DNA of 63,209 nucleotides, filler included, from Licmophora abbreviata (lineage: Eukaryota): assembly GCA_900291995.1 (NCBI GenBank). It is 9 parts of 9 records of this genome, joined end to end, with 100 filler letters (N's around TTAATTAATTAA, not from the genome) between each part and the next. Parts side by side here need not be neighbours in the genome. Positions count along the whole stretch, not along the records: positions 1 to 10,856 come from OLMU01000160.1; positions 10,957 to 18,512 come from OLMU01000163.1; 7 more parts are not named here. One strand, 5' to 3'. The first letter of the stretch is position 1, and the number at the start of each line of letters is the position of its first letter. The notes beneath the pieces were generated by a model. It saw nothing but the letters and a program-made list of their open reading frames with translations, made no database searches and had not been told where the DNA came from. Below, piece after piece: positions 1-11,846 of the stretch. Made by a program: the position numbers and the translations under genes.

Positions 1-59
1 AACTACTCTCTCTCTAGAGCTTATTCTGATTCAAAAGTCATGTATACGACGAGCGATAT

Positions 60-835
60 CTATGCATTGGGATCCATGAGATTTCCTTCACGATCATACA
101 GAATCGGAAGAACTTTTTCCTCGTCGACATCGAGCGTAGCTCCGAGCACCTTCATGAACGCGTGTTCGTTAACATAAAGTTTTGGTAGGCCATCCAACGC
201 GCTCTCTTCTGGAGACTTGGGAGTGCCGTCGTCCATAATTTCCAAAGAGACACTAGAGCGAGACAAACAAAGACAAGCAAGATAAGCGTCCGGTAAAGAG
301 CAGATAGGCAGCTCAAGAAGTAAAATAGTACTCACCCTTCGTCACTCGGTGAGAGTTGCGCTGCTGTAACAAAATTGAATCCATAAACCATTCTCGGTTC
401 GCCGGATGACGATTGATGATATGTCAGCATTATTCCAATGATGTCAGGTTCGGGGGCGTTTTCTAATAAAGAACGGAAGAAGTTCCGCGCTTTCGGCGTC
501 AGCAGCACGGGCGCCTTACGAGGAACAAACGTGCGTCGTCGTTCTCGGGAAGCTTTGATTCGCTGTGGTGGTGTGCCTCCGTCAGTTGTCTTGTCGCCCG
601 AACCAGACCCACTGGAAAAGACACGCCGGTACTCTGCAAAGGGGACAGTCATTTCTCTCGCTGAATCCAGTTTCGAGCAAAAAGGACGTCGGATTACAGC
701 GAAATTCGGGTATGCAGCAGTGGTTGCATGTCGGAACGTAGCAACGCGACCAGAACGGTGCCGTCCAGTGTCTGCTCTTTCCACTTTTGCATTGGTCCCG
801 CGCCTGAGCGTCCAATAATGAAAAGAGCGCCTCAT
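60..835 (-). CDS. HesB/IscA-like fold protein lacking the Fe-S cysteines, with a probable mitochondrial presequence; 2 exons (835-336, 252-60)
   Basis: A GT-AG intron at 335-253 joins ORFs 332..874 and 60..335 in frame (DEG|VSLE). 'PVLLTPKARNFF...GIMLTY...VYGFNF...KLYVNEHAFMKVLGATLDVD' resembles the IscA scaffold. The N-terminus is Arg-rich. Confidence 0.6.
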
Positions 836-1262
836 TATAGTATAATAAGTGTAGTTGAGATATAACAAATCCAATACGCTGAAACTTGGTGTTCAATTGC
901 CGTCGTCTTCGAAGGCAAGATAATTGTGTCGCGTTTCATTCTCGATGTCGCAACGTGATGAGCGGCGTTTTTGCCCGCCGATCGGTGAGTCTAGTCGAGT
1001 GAGTCGAGTGTCGCCAGCCGCACATCAAAATGGGCTGGCGTGTGTTGACGTGGAATGACGTTTGCGGGTATACATGTACGAGTAGAGCTATGGCGCAGTG
1101 TCTGGCCATCATCAGTGCGGTTGTCATTGAAAAGTATCGCTCAGACTTTCAATCGCCGCGTCGCCGGGTTTGAGGTGTTTTGCGATGCTCAATGGCGCTT
1201 TGGCGGTGGCGTATCTCCTCGATTATAGCTGAGAACAGTCAAATTACATCGTTTACAGTACC

Positions 1263-4200
1263 ATGGACCTGCAGGCAATTTTGAATGAGTCAGATTCGTC
1301 GTTTGAAGGCGACGAAAAGCCAGGTTCCTCGAATCTGTCGGACGACGACCACAGTCATCATGTAGACTTGGAACGACTCTTGCGAGAAGACGATGACGAT
1401 AATGATGGGCATTATTTCTTGGAAGAGCGTACCAATATGTCCATGTCCACCATTTCGACAGCTGGACATCATTACCATCTTAGGAGAAGCAGTGGTGGTG
1501 GTGGTGGTGGTTTGAAAGAAAGTTCGCCCTCGGCACGTCAACTGATTATGGACGAGTCTTTCATGACGGATTCAGCAGGCGATGTGTTGGGTTCTGGTCA
1601 CAGTTCTTTGAATCAAGACGAGGTGGATCCAGCTTCAGCCTCTTCAAAGTACAGTGGCATGCACAATGCCGATGATTGGGCAGTCTTGCAACAAATTCTA
1701 GGCGAAGAAGACGAGGGGGGCGATGAAGAAGATCCACTGGCGAGCCCCGTGTACAACAGCAAGAGGCAAATAAAGCCAGAGAGCACTCGCTCTAGAACGA
1801 AACAAGATGTTGACATAATTCTCAATTCAATTGACGATCAAGACAATTTCGAGAATCTGCTGTTGAAACCGCAGCCATTGTCGCATCACGACAGTCCACC
1901 TCCTCTTCGGGACGGCGAGGAGCACTCCATGACCCAGAAATTGGATACTAGCTTCATGTCGGACCAAAACACTGAATCACCAAGTCTTCCTTCAATTCCC
2001 AATACAGAGCCTTGGGACCCAAAAGGGAAACGAGCGGGGTTGTCATTGAATCTCTGTGACGAACCTCTGCTAACTTTGCAAGAGTCGAAGTCGAGTCGCG
2101 ATGTTCCATCCGGACGCGAAAACGGTGATATAAGCTCGGGACCAAGGGCCGAGGTTATGTCGACAAAAGCACTTGCGTATGCAGAGGCTTATGAACAGCG
2201 ACTGTTGCGCCCAAGTCAACGAGACATCGTATCGCCGCTCATGGTGAAGCGACGATTGAAGCCGAACATTGAACTCGGGAGTCGGATGCAGCAACAGAGC
2301 AGGGACTCTATTGACCAGCCACATATAAAGCCTTCCTTTTCGGGAACATCTCACAATGCAAGGTTCGGGTTTTCGGGAATCATTGAGAACAAAGTCATGC
2401 CCGGTCTCACAGCCGAACTTCAAAAAGAAACGCCTGCCAAAGTAACTGGACTGCCGACAGCGTTGGCAGTAAACTCCAAATTTATTGCGATTGGAACGCA
2501 GCATGGGGTAATTCTTGTGTTTGATTTGTTTGAAGTTCTTCGACATCAGCTTGGAAGGCTGTCCCAGCCGGACGGTTCATGGAATGCCGGGCAAGGTGGC
2601 TCGGTGACGTCGATCGATCTTGCTGACAATGGAGAAGCCCTGATCGCTGGCTACACTTCAGGAGCTGTCGTATTATGGGACGTCATCAAGGGCACTATCC
2701 TCAAGAAGATAACAGATACACATCCATCCGCTATGACTGCGGTCCGTTTCTTGCCCGACCGGGAACTCAAAGTAGTGACAGTTGACGCGGCCGGTCTAGT
2801 CAATAAGCTGCACTTTTCCAAGAACATCCTTTGGGCCAACTACTCAGTGGACACAGAGTGTCTACTAGATGGAACTGCGGGGCAGATATTGGCTATGAAT
2901 GTACTGCCGCCACTCTCAAGCGTTCCTCATTTCTCCCAGGACGGACCGTCGAGTTCACTGTATCCTCCGATTCTCAAGCGATTGGTGTTACTTGGTCTGT
3001 CATCTGAGCGGAGCTCGTTTGCGGTCGCGGTGGAGCCAACGATTTCCGTGTTGCATCGATGGGCTCGACCCGACTCAGAACGAATTCAAAATTCAAGTCA
3101 TCATTCCGATGAGACGTTTCTCGACATGCCGGAAGATCAGTCCTATTTGCCATGCTTATCATGGGGTTGGGCGCTCGTATCAGGCGGGGGTCATGTCGTT
3201 ACGCCGATACTAGCTCGTGCGTGGGGATGCTGCGTCCAGCTCTTGCGGGCCAGTTTCCCAACCTTTGACGATGCGCCGTCTGCAGGACAAATACACTGGC
3301 CGGCCTTCGGCATCCACGACGAATTCCAGGTTTCAGCGCCCATAGTCGCTCTTGAATGGTTGGGCGAACGATCACTGGTACAACTGAGTGTCACGAATGA
3401 GCTTATGGTAGTTGACACAGTCATGATGACACTTGTTGAGCGCCTTGACTTTTCCGGGATCAAGTTGGTGTACGCCGAGTTCTCACTGAGTCGAAGTGCG
3501 TATGCTGAAGCAAAGGGGGAGACAAGTGGAGACTCCAGTGACAACCGAATGGGCGAGGTATATTGCTCAACATTCTTGAACAGCATTCGTTCGAGTGACA
3601 ATCGCCTTTTGGTTCTTTGTCGATCAGAAGTAAAGCGAATCTCACTCTTTGGTGCAAGACAACGTATAACAGGACTGGAAGAAGACGGAGAATGGTTAGA
3701 GGCGCTCGCGTTGGCGCTTGACCACTACGAGAACACCATCAAGAGCCAAGAAGACAGAAAACGTGACCCTGATGGCCTGCGCGATTTGTCAAAGCACCCA
3801 GAGTTCGTCTCGACTAGGCGAACCGAGGATGAAGAATGGATTGCGAAGTTGTTGATTCGCTATCTAAACCTTGCTGTTGAGAATGCACCCGAAGCGAAGG
3901 AAGACTTAATGCCGCCGTCTAGCTCATCCCATGCCACTGGAAAATTGGATCTTGCGCAGAGTCACTTTCAGATGTTAGCCGGAGTGTGTATCGAGTTCTG
4001 CGTTGTGGCAAGAAGATTGGACTTGCTGTTTGGCCCAATCTTCCGCCGCTTTCAGAATGTTCGATATCTTTCTATCTTCTTGGATGTTTTGGAGCCTTAC
4101 GTTTTGAACGACAAGCTCAGCTACATCGCCCCTGAAGCCATGGCATATTTTGTCGAGCACTGCAAAGCTACCAGTGGAATTGCCACCGTTGAGCGGTGTT

Positions 4201-6839
4201 TGCTACACATGGATGTCACAATAATGGATTTCGATTCGATCCTATCACTGCTTCGACGAAATGAGATGCACTCGGCATTGTGCTACGTATACACACACGG
4301 GCTAGACGACTTCCTCTCTCCACTGGAAGTCATGCTTGATCGAGTGTTTGATGCGGCTGATGAAGGCAGTGTTCTCAACCGAAGGCGTGCAGATGGAGCT
4401 CCGCAGAATGTCTTCGAAAGAGTCGGATACAAAACCATTGTGTATTTACAGTATTGCCTCCAGGGGAAGAACTTTCCCCAGGGCACAAAGTTGAAACCAG
4501 AAGACAAGTTAAAGTCCCTGAGGCCGCAGCTGTTGCGGTTCTTGATGAGAGAGAATTACGAGCCGCCCCGTAGGTCTCAGTCTGAAGTTGTCGGGCATCG
4601 CAAATTTCCTTATCCATACACTCGAATTTTGCTCATGGTTGATGCGAGAGCTTTCTTGGATACAATTGGCCTCGCCCTTGACGCCCCAGACGAAGCCTTT
4701 GCACAGAAAACGGATTTCGAGTCTATCGGAGGGTGGGAGGTCGAAGTTGGCGGTGATACGTTGGAATCCGCAGCCAGACTTGGCCTGAGTTCATCCATCG
4801 AAGCCGATACGGATCCTGAACGCCAGCAAATTATTTCTATGTTATCTTCAATCATTTTTCCTGACAATAACTCAGCACTGTCAGAGGTAGTTGGAAGCCC
4901 GAGTCAGAACAAGAGCGCAATCGATGCATTCCTTGATTTCATTGCGACGTACTTGCTTCAAGGCGTTGTACGGGCCAACAGATCTGTGACGTTTCTCATT
5001 TTATCTCGAATGGCAACCCGGTTTGAACACGCACTTCGCCCAGAGGATAGAGAAGGAGCTCAGAAACAGATCATCGAACTTCTCACGACGTTGCCCCGCA
5101 ACGCTTACGATCCCGAAGAAGTGCTGCAGCTGATGGAAAAAGCCGGTGTCCATAGAGCAGCGTTGGTGCTACACCAGCAAGGCGTGTCGGCTTGGCACGA
5201 AGGCATAGACGAATCGCGCAGACGGTCCCATCACTTTCGCTGTGTGATTGATTGCTATCTGGAGGACTCTGATCCTGTGTTCCAAAAAGAGGTTTTTTCT
5301 TACGTGAAGAAGGAATGCGCGAGTGGCAGCAGTTCCTCTGTCGCCCAGGAAGAGTCATTGACGGCCAATCTACGGGCTGCCCTTTGTTCGAAACTTCAGA
5401 AGCTCGTCGAGTTGGATCCCATTTTATCTGCTCAGCTCGTTGCCGAGCTGTACATCGAGGAACTAGATGACATCATAAGCGTTTTGGCCGACGGTGACGA
5501 GAATGTCGAGCAATTCAAGTTCCTGCACTCCATAATTTCGGGTGAGCTCGTCAAGGTCGATCCGGTTGCGGGACCAGTACTGAATGCAAATCTGACAATG
5601 AATCACCATCAGATCTACCTTGAGCTTCTGGCCAAGCTTTACCCGGACATGGTTTATAATTATCTATCGACGCACGACAACTATCGACCGGAAGAATGTC
5701 TAAGCCTATGTCAGAGGTACGACATCGCAGACGCATCTGCATATCTTCTGGAACGAATGGGCAACGTTTCAAGTGCTCTCCAGCTCATTCTGCAGAAATT
5801 GGAAGGTCGGTTGATGGGTCTAAAACGGACAATGCGAGGAATGAGCACTGACGCGTCTCATGGCAGCACTTCAAGATGGCTCTCGTCTGAATGGAACAGA
5901 GACGACAAACAAGCTTTGGAGCAAAAGGCGAAGCAGGAGAAAGAGATTGACGGTGTTAAACGCATTCTTGTTGTCGCCCTTGATCTATGCGATCGAAACT
6001 CAGGGTCAACGTCGCGTAGCGAACACGGCTCTCAGCTGTGGTTCAACACTCTCGATCGGTTGATTAACGCCAAGGGCTTTCTGCGCCTCCCAAAGGAGCA
6101 GCCTGTACACGCAAAGGCAATGGCGGGTTTTTTGGGAGAGTTGTTGCAAATAACCATGCAGCGAATGGTGTCTCGTGTGCCGCTACCTGATCTTGTGCGC
6201 AAAGTAACGACGGATCATTCAGGCAGTCGGCTCGGTGAGCTTCGCGAAATGATCGAAAGTCTGCTGGGCACGTTCGGGTCTGAGCTGCAAATGTGTTCAA
6301 AAGCTGTCAGGGTAATGAACTATGATATGAGAAGCATGGAGTCGGAAAATCGTCGTTTTCAGGTGCGATGTTAGTTGTTAGATGAATCTTGCAAACGTCG
6401 AGTTGCTCTGCGTGTGGCCGCCGCGTCTAACACCAAGGATGTTGTTTTCCTTTGTCGACAGATGGAAGGATGTAGAGTCAGAAGCGTCATGAATCATCTA
6501 TTGACTTCCGAGTCTTCCCTTGATGTGCGATCTTCTGATGCCTTCGCACTCGTGGTTGATCAGAATGGTGATGCGTCGCTTGGAGATGACCTCCGCCCAT
6601 TTCACGCTCAGAGCGCTCATGGAGGTTTCGTAGACGCGCTTCACCGCCTGAAAGCAAAACGGCAGTATCGCAACGACTCTGATCCGAGGAACAACCCTTG
6701 GACTCGTCCACAAAGCGGGCTTAACATGATGTCGGGTTCCGAACAACTCTTTAACGCAGGCGAATCGTTCGACGGTGCCCAGGTTTCAATACAGGTGGGC
6801 AGGCTCGGTGAGGCAGAGCACTTCGGCAGCTTTCGCTAA
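1263..6839 (+). CDS. VPS8: Vacuolar protein sorting 8 (CORVET subunit); exons 1263-6362 and 6462-6839
   Basis: 1703-aa ORF with an acidic N-terminus, a WD40 region (GLPTALAVNSKFIAIGTQHG), the Vps8 core (FLDVLEPYVLNDKL, VERCLLHMD) and a clathrin-repeat-like end (DASAYLLERMG, LWFNTLD). An intron at 6363-6461 joins the last exon in phase 0. Confidence 0.9.
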
Positions 6840-7082
6840 ATTATGACGAACATCATGAGCGTGTTGATACAGGTCTCTTGTTGACCACACTGCTTGTATG
6901 CGTGGACGCCTGTATTAGTTTTTGAAGTGAATAGACCTTATAACTGGTATTGCTTCGTCATCCGATCGTATTTTCAATTTCATCTAGCTGTCGTCAATCG
7001 GACGCAGACTCAAAATTTTGACGTCATCGCAACATCACGCTTTCGATCTCTCACATTGTTGTCGCTGTCTTCTGGGGTTTCT

Positions 7083-8326
7083 ATGAAGAGGTTACGCTTC
7101 TCGAGAGCCGTCGGGCTTTTTTGGTGTACGTACATGTGGCTTGACGCACCGTTCTGTATCGGATTCACTCGACAAGTCAAGTATTCGCTGCGGCCACCTG
7201 CAGTGCTGCAAGCGACTAGTACGGCGGCGCCACCCCAATCCGCGTCGGAGGCTCCTGTATCGGTGGGTTTCGTTGGGTGTGGTACCATAGCGAAGGCAAT
7301 AGCTACCGGTCTGGCGACCCAGCATTGCGTCTCTGTGCAGTCCATTGCAGTCTCTCGACGGTCGGAAAGCAAGTCGACGGCCCTTCGAGACGACTTTCCC
7401 GACTTGGTCTCCATCTACGACGACAATCAGGAGGTGGTGGACAAGTCTGATCTTGTATTCATAAGCGTTCTTCCACAGCAGACCTCGGCGGTCTTGAAGA
7501 AGCTGTGTTTTGATGCGTCACGACATACTTTGATTTCGGTCGTCGTGAGTACAATCTTCTTTCTTTTGCTCAAAAACCATCCCACGTTTCGACGGACTCA
7601 CACACCAAATAACCCACCTTCGTATGGAGTCTACTAGCACCCTAACAGGACTCACAGCTGAAAGCGGCTTGCCGAAGGATTGTGTACACAAGATGATATG
7701 TGAGTTAGAAAAATAAGCTCTGCGCGCGACGAAGACGAGTACTCCTGCTGATGGCTTATTGCAATACCACATTGCTCGTGCAGGTCTCCCGTCGGTGGCC
7801 CGTCAGGAGGGAGTCAGTCTGTTGGTGCCTCCGACGCAGCGAAACTCGACATTGAAGTCCATTCTGGAAAGCTTGGGTGGGTGTGTCCAATGCGAGAACG
7901 AAGAAAAGATGAGTTCGTTGATGGTACCGAGCGGGATGATGGGGCCCATGTACGGCCTTTTGCGACACAATCGGGACTGGCTCGTCGAGAGGGGTGCATC
8001 AAAGAAAGATGCTAGCTTTATTGTGGGCCGAATTTACTGGGGGATGATGCAGGATGCCGAGCGAGTCTGTGAAAATCCTGATGCGTTTGACAAACTCATA
8101 GAAGAACAGACCCCGGGAGGACTGAATGAACAGGTACGTGTCTTGCATGTATGGGATTTGCGCGGGTCGACGCGAGGGGTTCTTTCTAACATGAGGAGAC
8201 ATGTCGATGTGCTGCGTTCGACAGGCACTTGTGAATCTCGAGAAGCTGGGCATCTTTCTTGACTACGATACAGCGATGAATGCTCTTCTGGAGCGCATCG
8301 AGGGTCGATCGGATGGATCGCTATGA
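7083..8326 (+). CDS. Pyrroline-5-carboxylate reductase-like NAD(P)-binding protein, probably plastid-targeted; 4 exons
   Basis: Rossmann motif VGFVGCGTIA, plus NQEVVDKSDLVFISVLPQ and C-terminal QTPGGLNEQ. Introns start near 7545, 7700 and 8134. The last exon 8225-8326 reads ALVNLEKLG...GSL*. Signal-like N-terminus ending CIG-FT. Confidence 0.8.
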
Positions 8327-8482
8327 TAAGAAGTCGTCTCAGAGTTGAATTATTTACAAATGCACACCGCACACATCTCTTATACTTTGGACTTTTACAG
8401 CTAGTTGTGTGATGCACCATCGGAGCGAGGCAATCGGAATCAATCGATTCGATCCAGAAATAAAGCCGCAACCGTATAAAAC

Positions 8483-9324
8483 TTAGCTTTCCCCGTGCCG
8501 ATCACGAAAGGTTGAAATGCTGTCTCCTGTCTTGCCCGCGGCCGCACAGACCCCCGACTTCCAGTTGGTATCGTGCTTTCGAACATGCTTGTCCTGCTGG
8601 ATGAGCTTGCTGACCCTCGCTCGCTGCTTGCGGGCTTCCTCCTTTTCATGCTGCGCCTTTTGTTCCATCAAGAGACGAGCCTTTTGTTTTTCCGACAACT
8701 TTTCAGTAGACGTCGACTTGACTAGGGGTCTCGCGCTTACTTTCTTTTCTTCAGTGTCGACACGTGGTTTCGTGTTGGTGGCTGCGACTCTGTCAGTGGT
8801 AATAGTAGTCGACTGATGCCGAGGCATGACAACAGCCAAGGCATTCGACACCTCCGTGAGAGAGGCATTCATGGACACAATGTTTACACTGTCCACTAAC
8901 AAAACTCGCCCTCCTTCCTCATCAGTCATTTCAACAAAACCGATTCTCTTGAGGTATTCCAGTGCCGACGGGAAGGGAAGAATCTTAGCAGCCACTTTTG
9001 CGTTTTCGAGCTTTAGCTGTCGGTACTTTGGCTGTTTTGACTTGACTGGGTCTGCCAGATTATTGATGACTACCTTGAGTAGCTTCAGCTGTGCGTTTGA
9101 GAAGGAGAGAGGAAGAAATCTGAGCAAAGGTGCTCAGAATGACGTGAAACCAGTCGAGATTGTCGCCGCTGCAGCATCGGCACACGGAATGTTGTCGTTA
9201 GTCGGAAGTAATTAATTTGCAATGCACTCACGCAGTCGATTTTTTGTTCCGCTGAAGTCGCGCTGTCCAACACAAGCGACTGAAGATGAATCCCAGCGCC
9301 CCCAGTGTAAGCAGACGATGCCAT
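8483..9324 (-). CDS. PUB-domain protein (p97/Cdc48 adaptor-like); exons 9324-9232 and 9088-8483
   Basis: Intron 9231-9089 gives KIDC|LKLLKVVINNL...PKYRQLKLEN...ALEYLKRIGF, a typical PUB signature, followed by a coiled-coil C-terminus. Confidence 0.8.
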
Positions 9325-9572
9325 GGTGGTCTCTAACGTCTCTTCTCGATGCCTTTGTCCTTTCCTCTCCCATCCATGTTCGGCAGCCTTCGTCATTTTG
9401 TGGTCGCGTGATTGCACCGCGTGTGACGTGGCTGTGCGAAATAAGTTTCGCGAACGCTGTGACGTCATATGTATGCGGAACTTCAATTTTCAAAGTGTCT
9501 CTCGCGAACAAAAGGTTACGAAGCAACGAGACGATTGTATTTCATACTCGACAGATGTAACCATCCTGAGGC

Positions 9573-10856
9573 TTACTCGGACGACGTTGCTGTTTTCTTC
9601 TTGCGTTGTCTCGCTCGACTTCGCGCCTTTGCTTTTTGTTTCTTCTGAACAGCTTTCTTCGTTTTCTGACTAGCTTTGCTGTCGGCACCATTCAAGTATT
9701 CGTCTACTTTCATCCGCAGTCGTTTCCTGGCAATCTTTCTATTCTGCTGTAAGGAACGAGTTTCCTGACATTCCACCTTCAGCTGCGTAGGTTCATGAAC
9801 CAGCACCACGCGATTCGATGTTTTGTTGATCTTTTGACCTCCAGCCCCGGATCCTCTGACAAAGGTTTCAGTCAAATCACTCTCGTCGACATTGGGCAGC
9901 TGATACTTGTCCAGCGAGGGACCTTTCGTGCCCTCCAATCGACGTGATACTTCGGTGAGGATGGGTTTCCGCAGATCCGCGTTCGGTAGCAATGCGGCAA
10001 GTTCCGAGAATATGTAGAGTGCATCAATGTCCGTCGTGGGAATCAGAGACGGCTCCAAGCTGGTACTGGGATCCCGTCGTGCATCTTGAAACAGACGCAG
10101 TGCGGCCTGCACATAGGCCTCAATATCCTTCTTTTGCAGCTCCCTTCAGCATGTACGAACGTCTCTTGCAAAATAGAAGATTGCTCCTTAAGCTCCGCGA
10201 ATCGTTGAAGGCCCAGTATTTGTCGGATGCGGTTGCTCACCATTGCTTGCTTCTCGCGGTTCCATCGCTCGAAGCATCCTCATTTCGTTTCCACTCTTCG
10301 TATGTTGTGATAACGCCATCAATCGTCTCGCCATAACTTCCCACGGACCCAAAGACACGGTCAATTCTCTGTTCACGATCCCAGACTATCCGTTCCTTGT
10401 ACTTGATCGCAACGACACGATGCTCCGGCAGTGCCAAGACCAGCTGTTTCTCCGGTCCGGCAATCGATTCGTTCGGCGCATCCATCGGCGACTCGACGAC
10501 TTGGTCCTCCACGCGGTCGTAATGTAGCACTGTAAAGTCACTCATGGACAAGGACATATCGTACTGTATTCGCCTCAGGACTTCTCGACAAGGCACCAGC
10601 TTACTAGTAGCTTTTCCTGTGTCGTCGGATTTGGTTCTGTCCGCAAAGAGTCGCTCGTAAGCAGGACTATTAACGTCGCTTAGCTTTGCCAGCCTGGATT
10701 CGACTCCCTTCAATCCTCTCCCCAGAAGGGATGCTAGCGTTGGCAGTGATTCCTGACGATGCTCGTGCAGGAGTCGATCTTGGTCGATCGACCATTCGTG
10801 GTAGAGGCTGCTCATGGGTTCCGGAAAAGGAGCTGATGATGATGAGTCGTTCGCTG
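9573..10856 (-). CDS. Myb/HTH-like + MJ1316 (DUF504) + class-I release-factor-like GGQ domain (C12orf65/ArfB type) fusion; two 1-nt frameshifts; 5' end runs into a gap
   Basis: ORF 10237..10815 has MJ1316-like 'EVLRRIQYD...LHYDRV...LPEHRVVAIKYKERIVWDREQRIDRVF'. ORF 9573..10112 has 'ETFVRGSGAGGQKINKTSNRV...CQETRSLQQNRKIAR' and a basic tail. A bridging frame (10043..10243) is joined by single missing bases near 10273 and 10143. Confidence 0.75.
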
Positions 10857-10956
10857 NNNNNNNNNNNNNNNNNNNNNNNNNNNNNNNNNNNNNNNNNNNN
10901 TTAATTAATTAANNNNNNNNNNNNNNNNNNNNNNNNNNNNNNNNNNNNNNNNNNNN
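10857..10956. other. Assembly gap with artificial linker (N44-TTAATTAATTAA-N44)
   Basis: Seen directly; an identical structure occurs at eight sites. Confidence 0.98.
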
Positions 10957-10986
10957 CAATGGGAGAAACAGCTACACTACCATGCA

Positions 10987-11688
10987 ATGTATCTGCAGGA
11001 CGGAGCTTTTGAGTTCATGACGCCTATTCACTTTGAAGATGGAATGGACTTCGATGAATGCGACTGTTACTACGCCTCTATCAACGATGGTCCAAGTCGA
11101 TCTGCCACTGCGAAAAAGCCGAAGCGCCGAAAGTCGAAAGAACAGATCAGAGACGAGGTCAGGGGCATGCTTCCATCCTGCCTGCGCGAAAGTGGACGCA
11201 AGAATCCAGACCTGGCTGTAAATGGGCGGCCTCCTCTTCGTCGTACAGTCTCCTTCTCGTCAATGCCGAGCGACAACAGTCTTTACACCGAGGCGATCTA
11301 CGAATGTACGAAAGAATCGGCGCCGGGTCCCAACGTCACATTCGAAGAGTACGCCACAGTTGCAACCATCTACGCTATCGACGACTACCCAGAAGATGTT
11401 CGAGCTTCCGTCTGGATGTCACGGGAGGACCTGTCGCGGTGCATGAGAAGAGCCATGGTGGAGGAGATGAAAGAACGCCGAGCAAGAGAGACAGAGACTT
11501 CAATCGTCGAGAGGCCTGTTGTGGAAAATACATCTCAAAAAACAAAAGAAGTTCATATGCTAGACGACGGGAGCGACGACTCATTCGATGCTCTGGACCT
11601 CGTTAAATGCAAGAATGGGTATACAGAATACACTGAAGACGTTGAAACTATGCCCATGACCATGTGCGAGGTTGTTCTTTCGCAATAG
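10987..11688 (+). CDS. Hypothetical protein (diatom-type low-complexity family)
   Basis: 233-aa ORF with 'RRTVSF' and 'VTFEEYATVATIYAIDDYPEDVRASVWMSREDL' motifs; no recognisable domain. Confidence 0.7.
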   Translation: MYLQDGAFEFMTPIHFEDGMDFDECDCYYASINDGPSRSATAKKPKRRKSKEQIRDEVRGMLPSCLRESGRKNPDLAVNGRPPLRRTVSFSSMPSDNSLYTEAIYECTKESAPGPNVTFEEYATVATIYAIDDYPEDVRASVWMSREDLSRCMRRAMVEEMKERRARETETSIVERPVVENTSQKTKEVHMLDDGSDDSFDALDLVKCKNGYTEYTEDVETMPMTMCEVVLSQ

Positions 11689-11846
11689 GGCAACACTGCT
11701 CTGCTTGTTCATAAAAGACGGTGGAAGCCGTGTAAGAAAGCAGTAATCCATGGGGTAGACTCCTTTCGCTTACGACAAAGAATCACTTTACGGCGTATCG
11801 AATTTAGATTGTCTCTGTCTCTTGGGTGAGCCAGAAAGTCCCGTCA

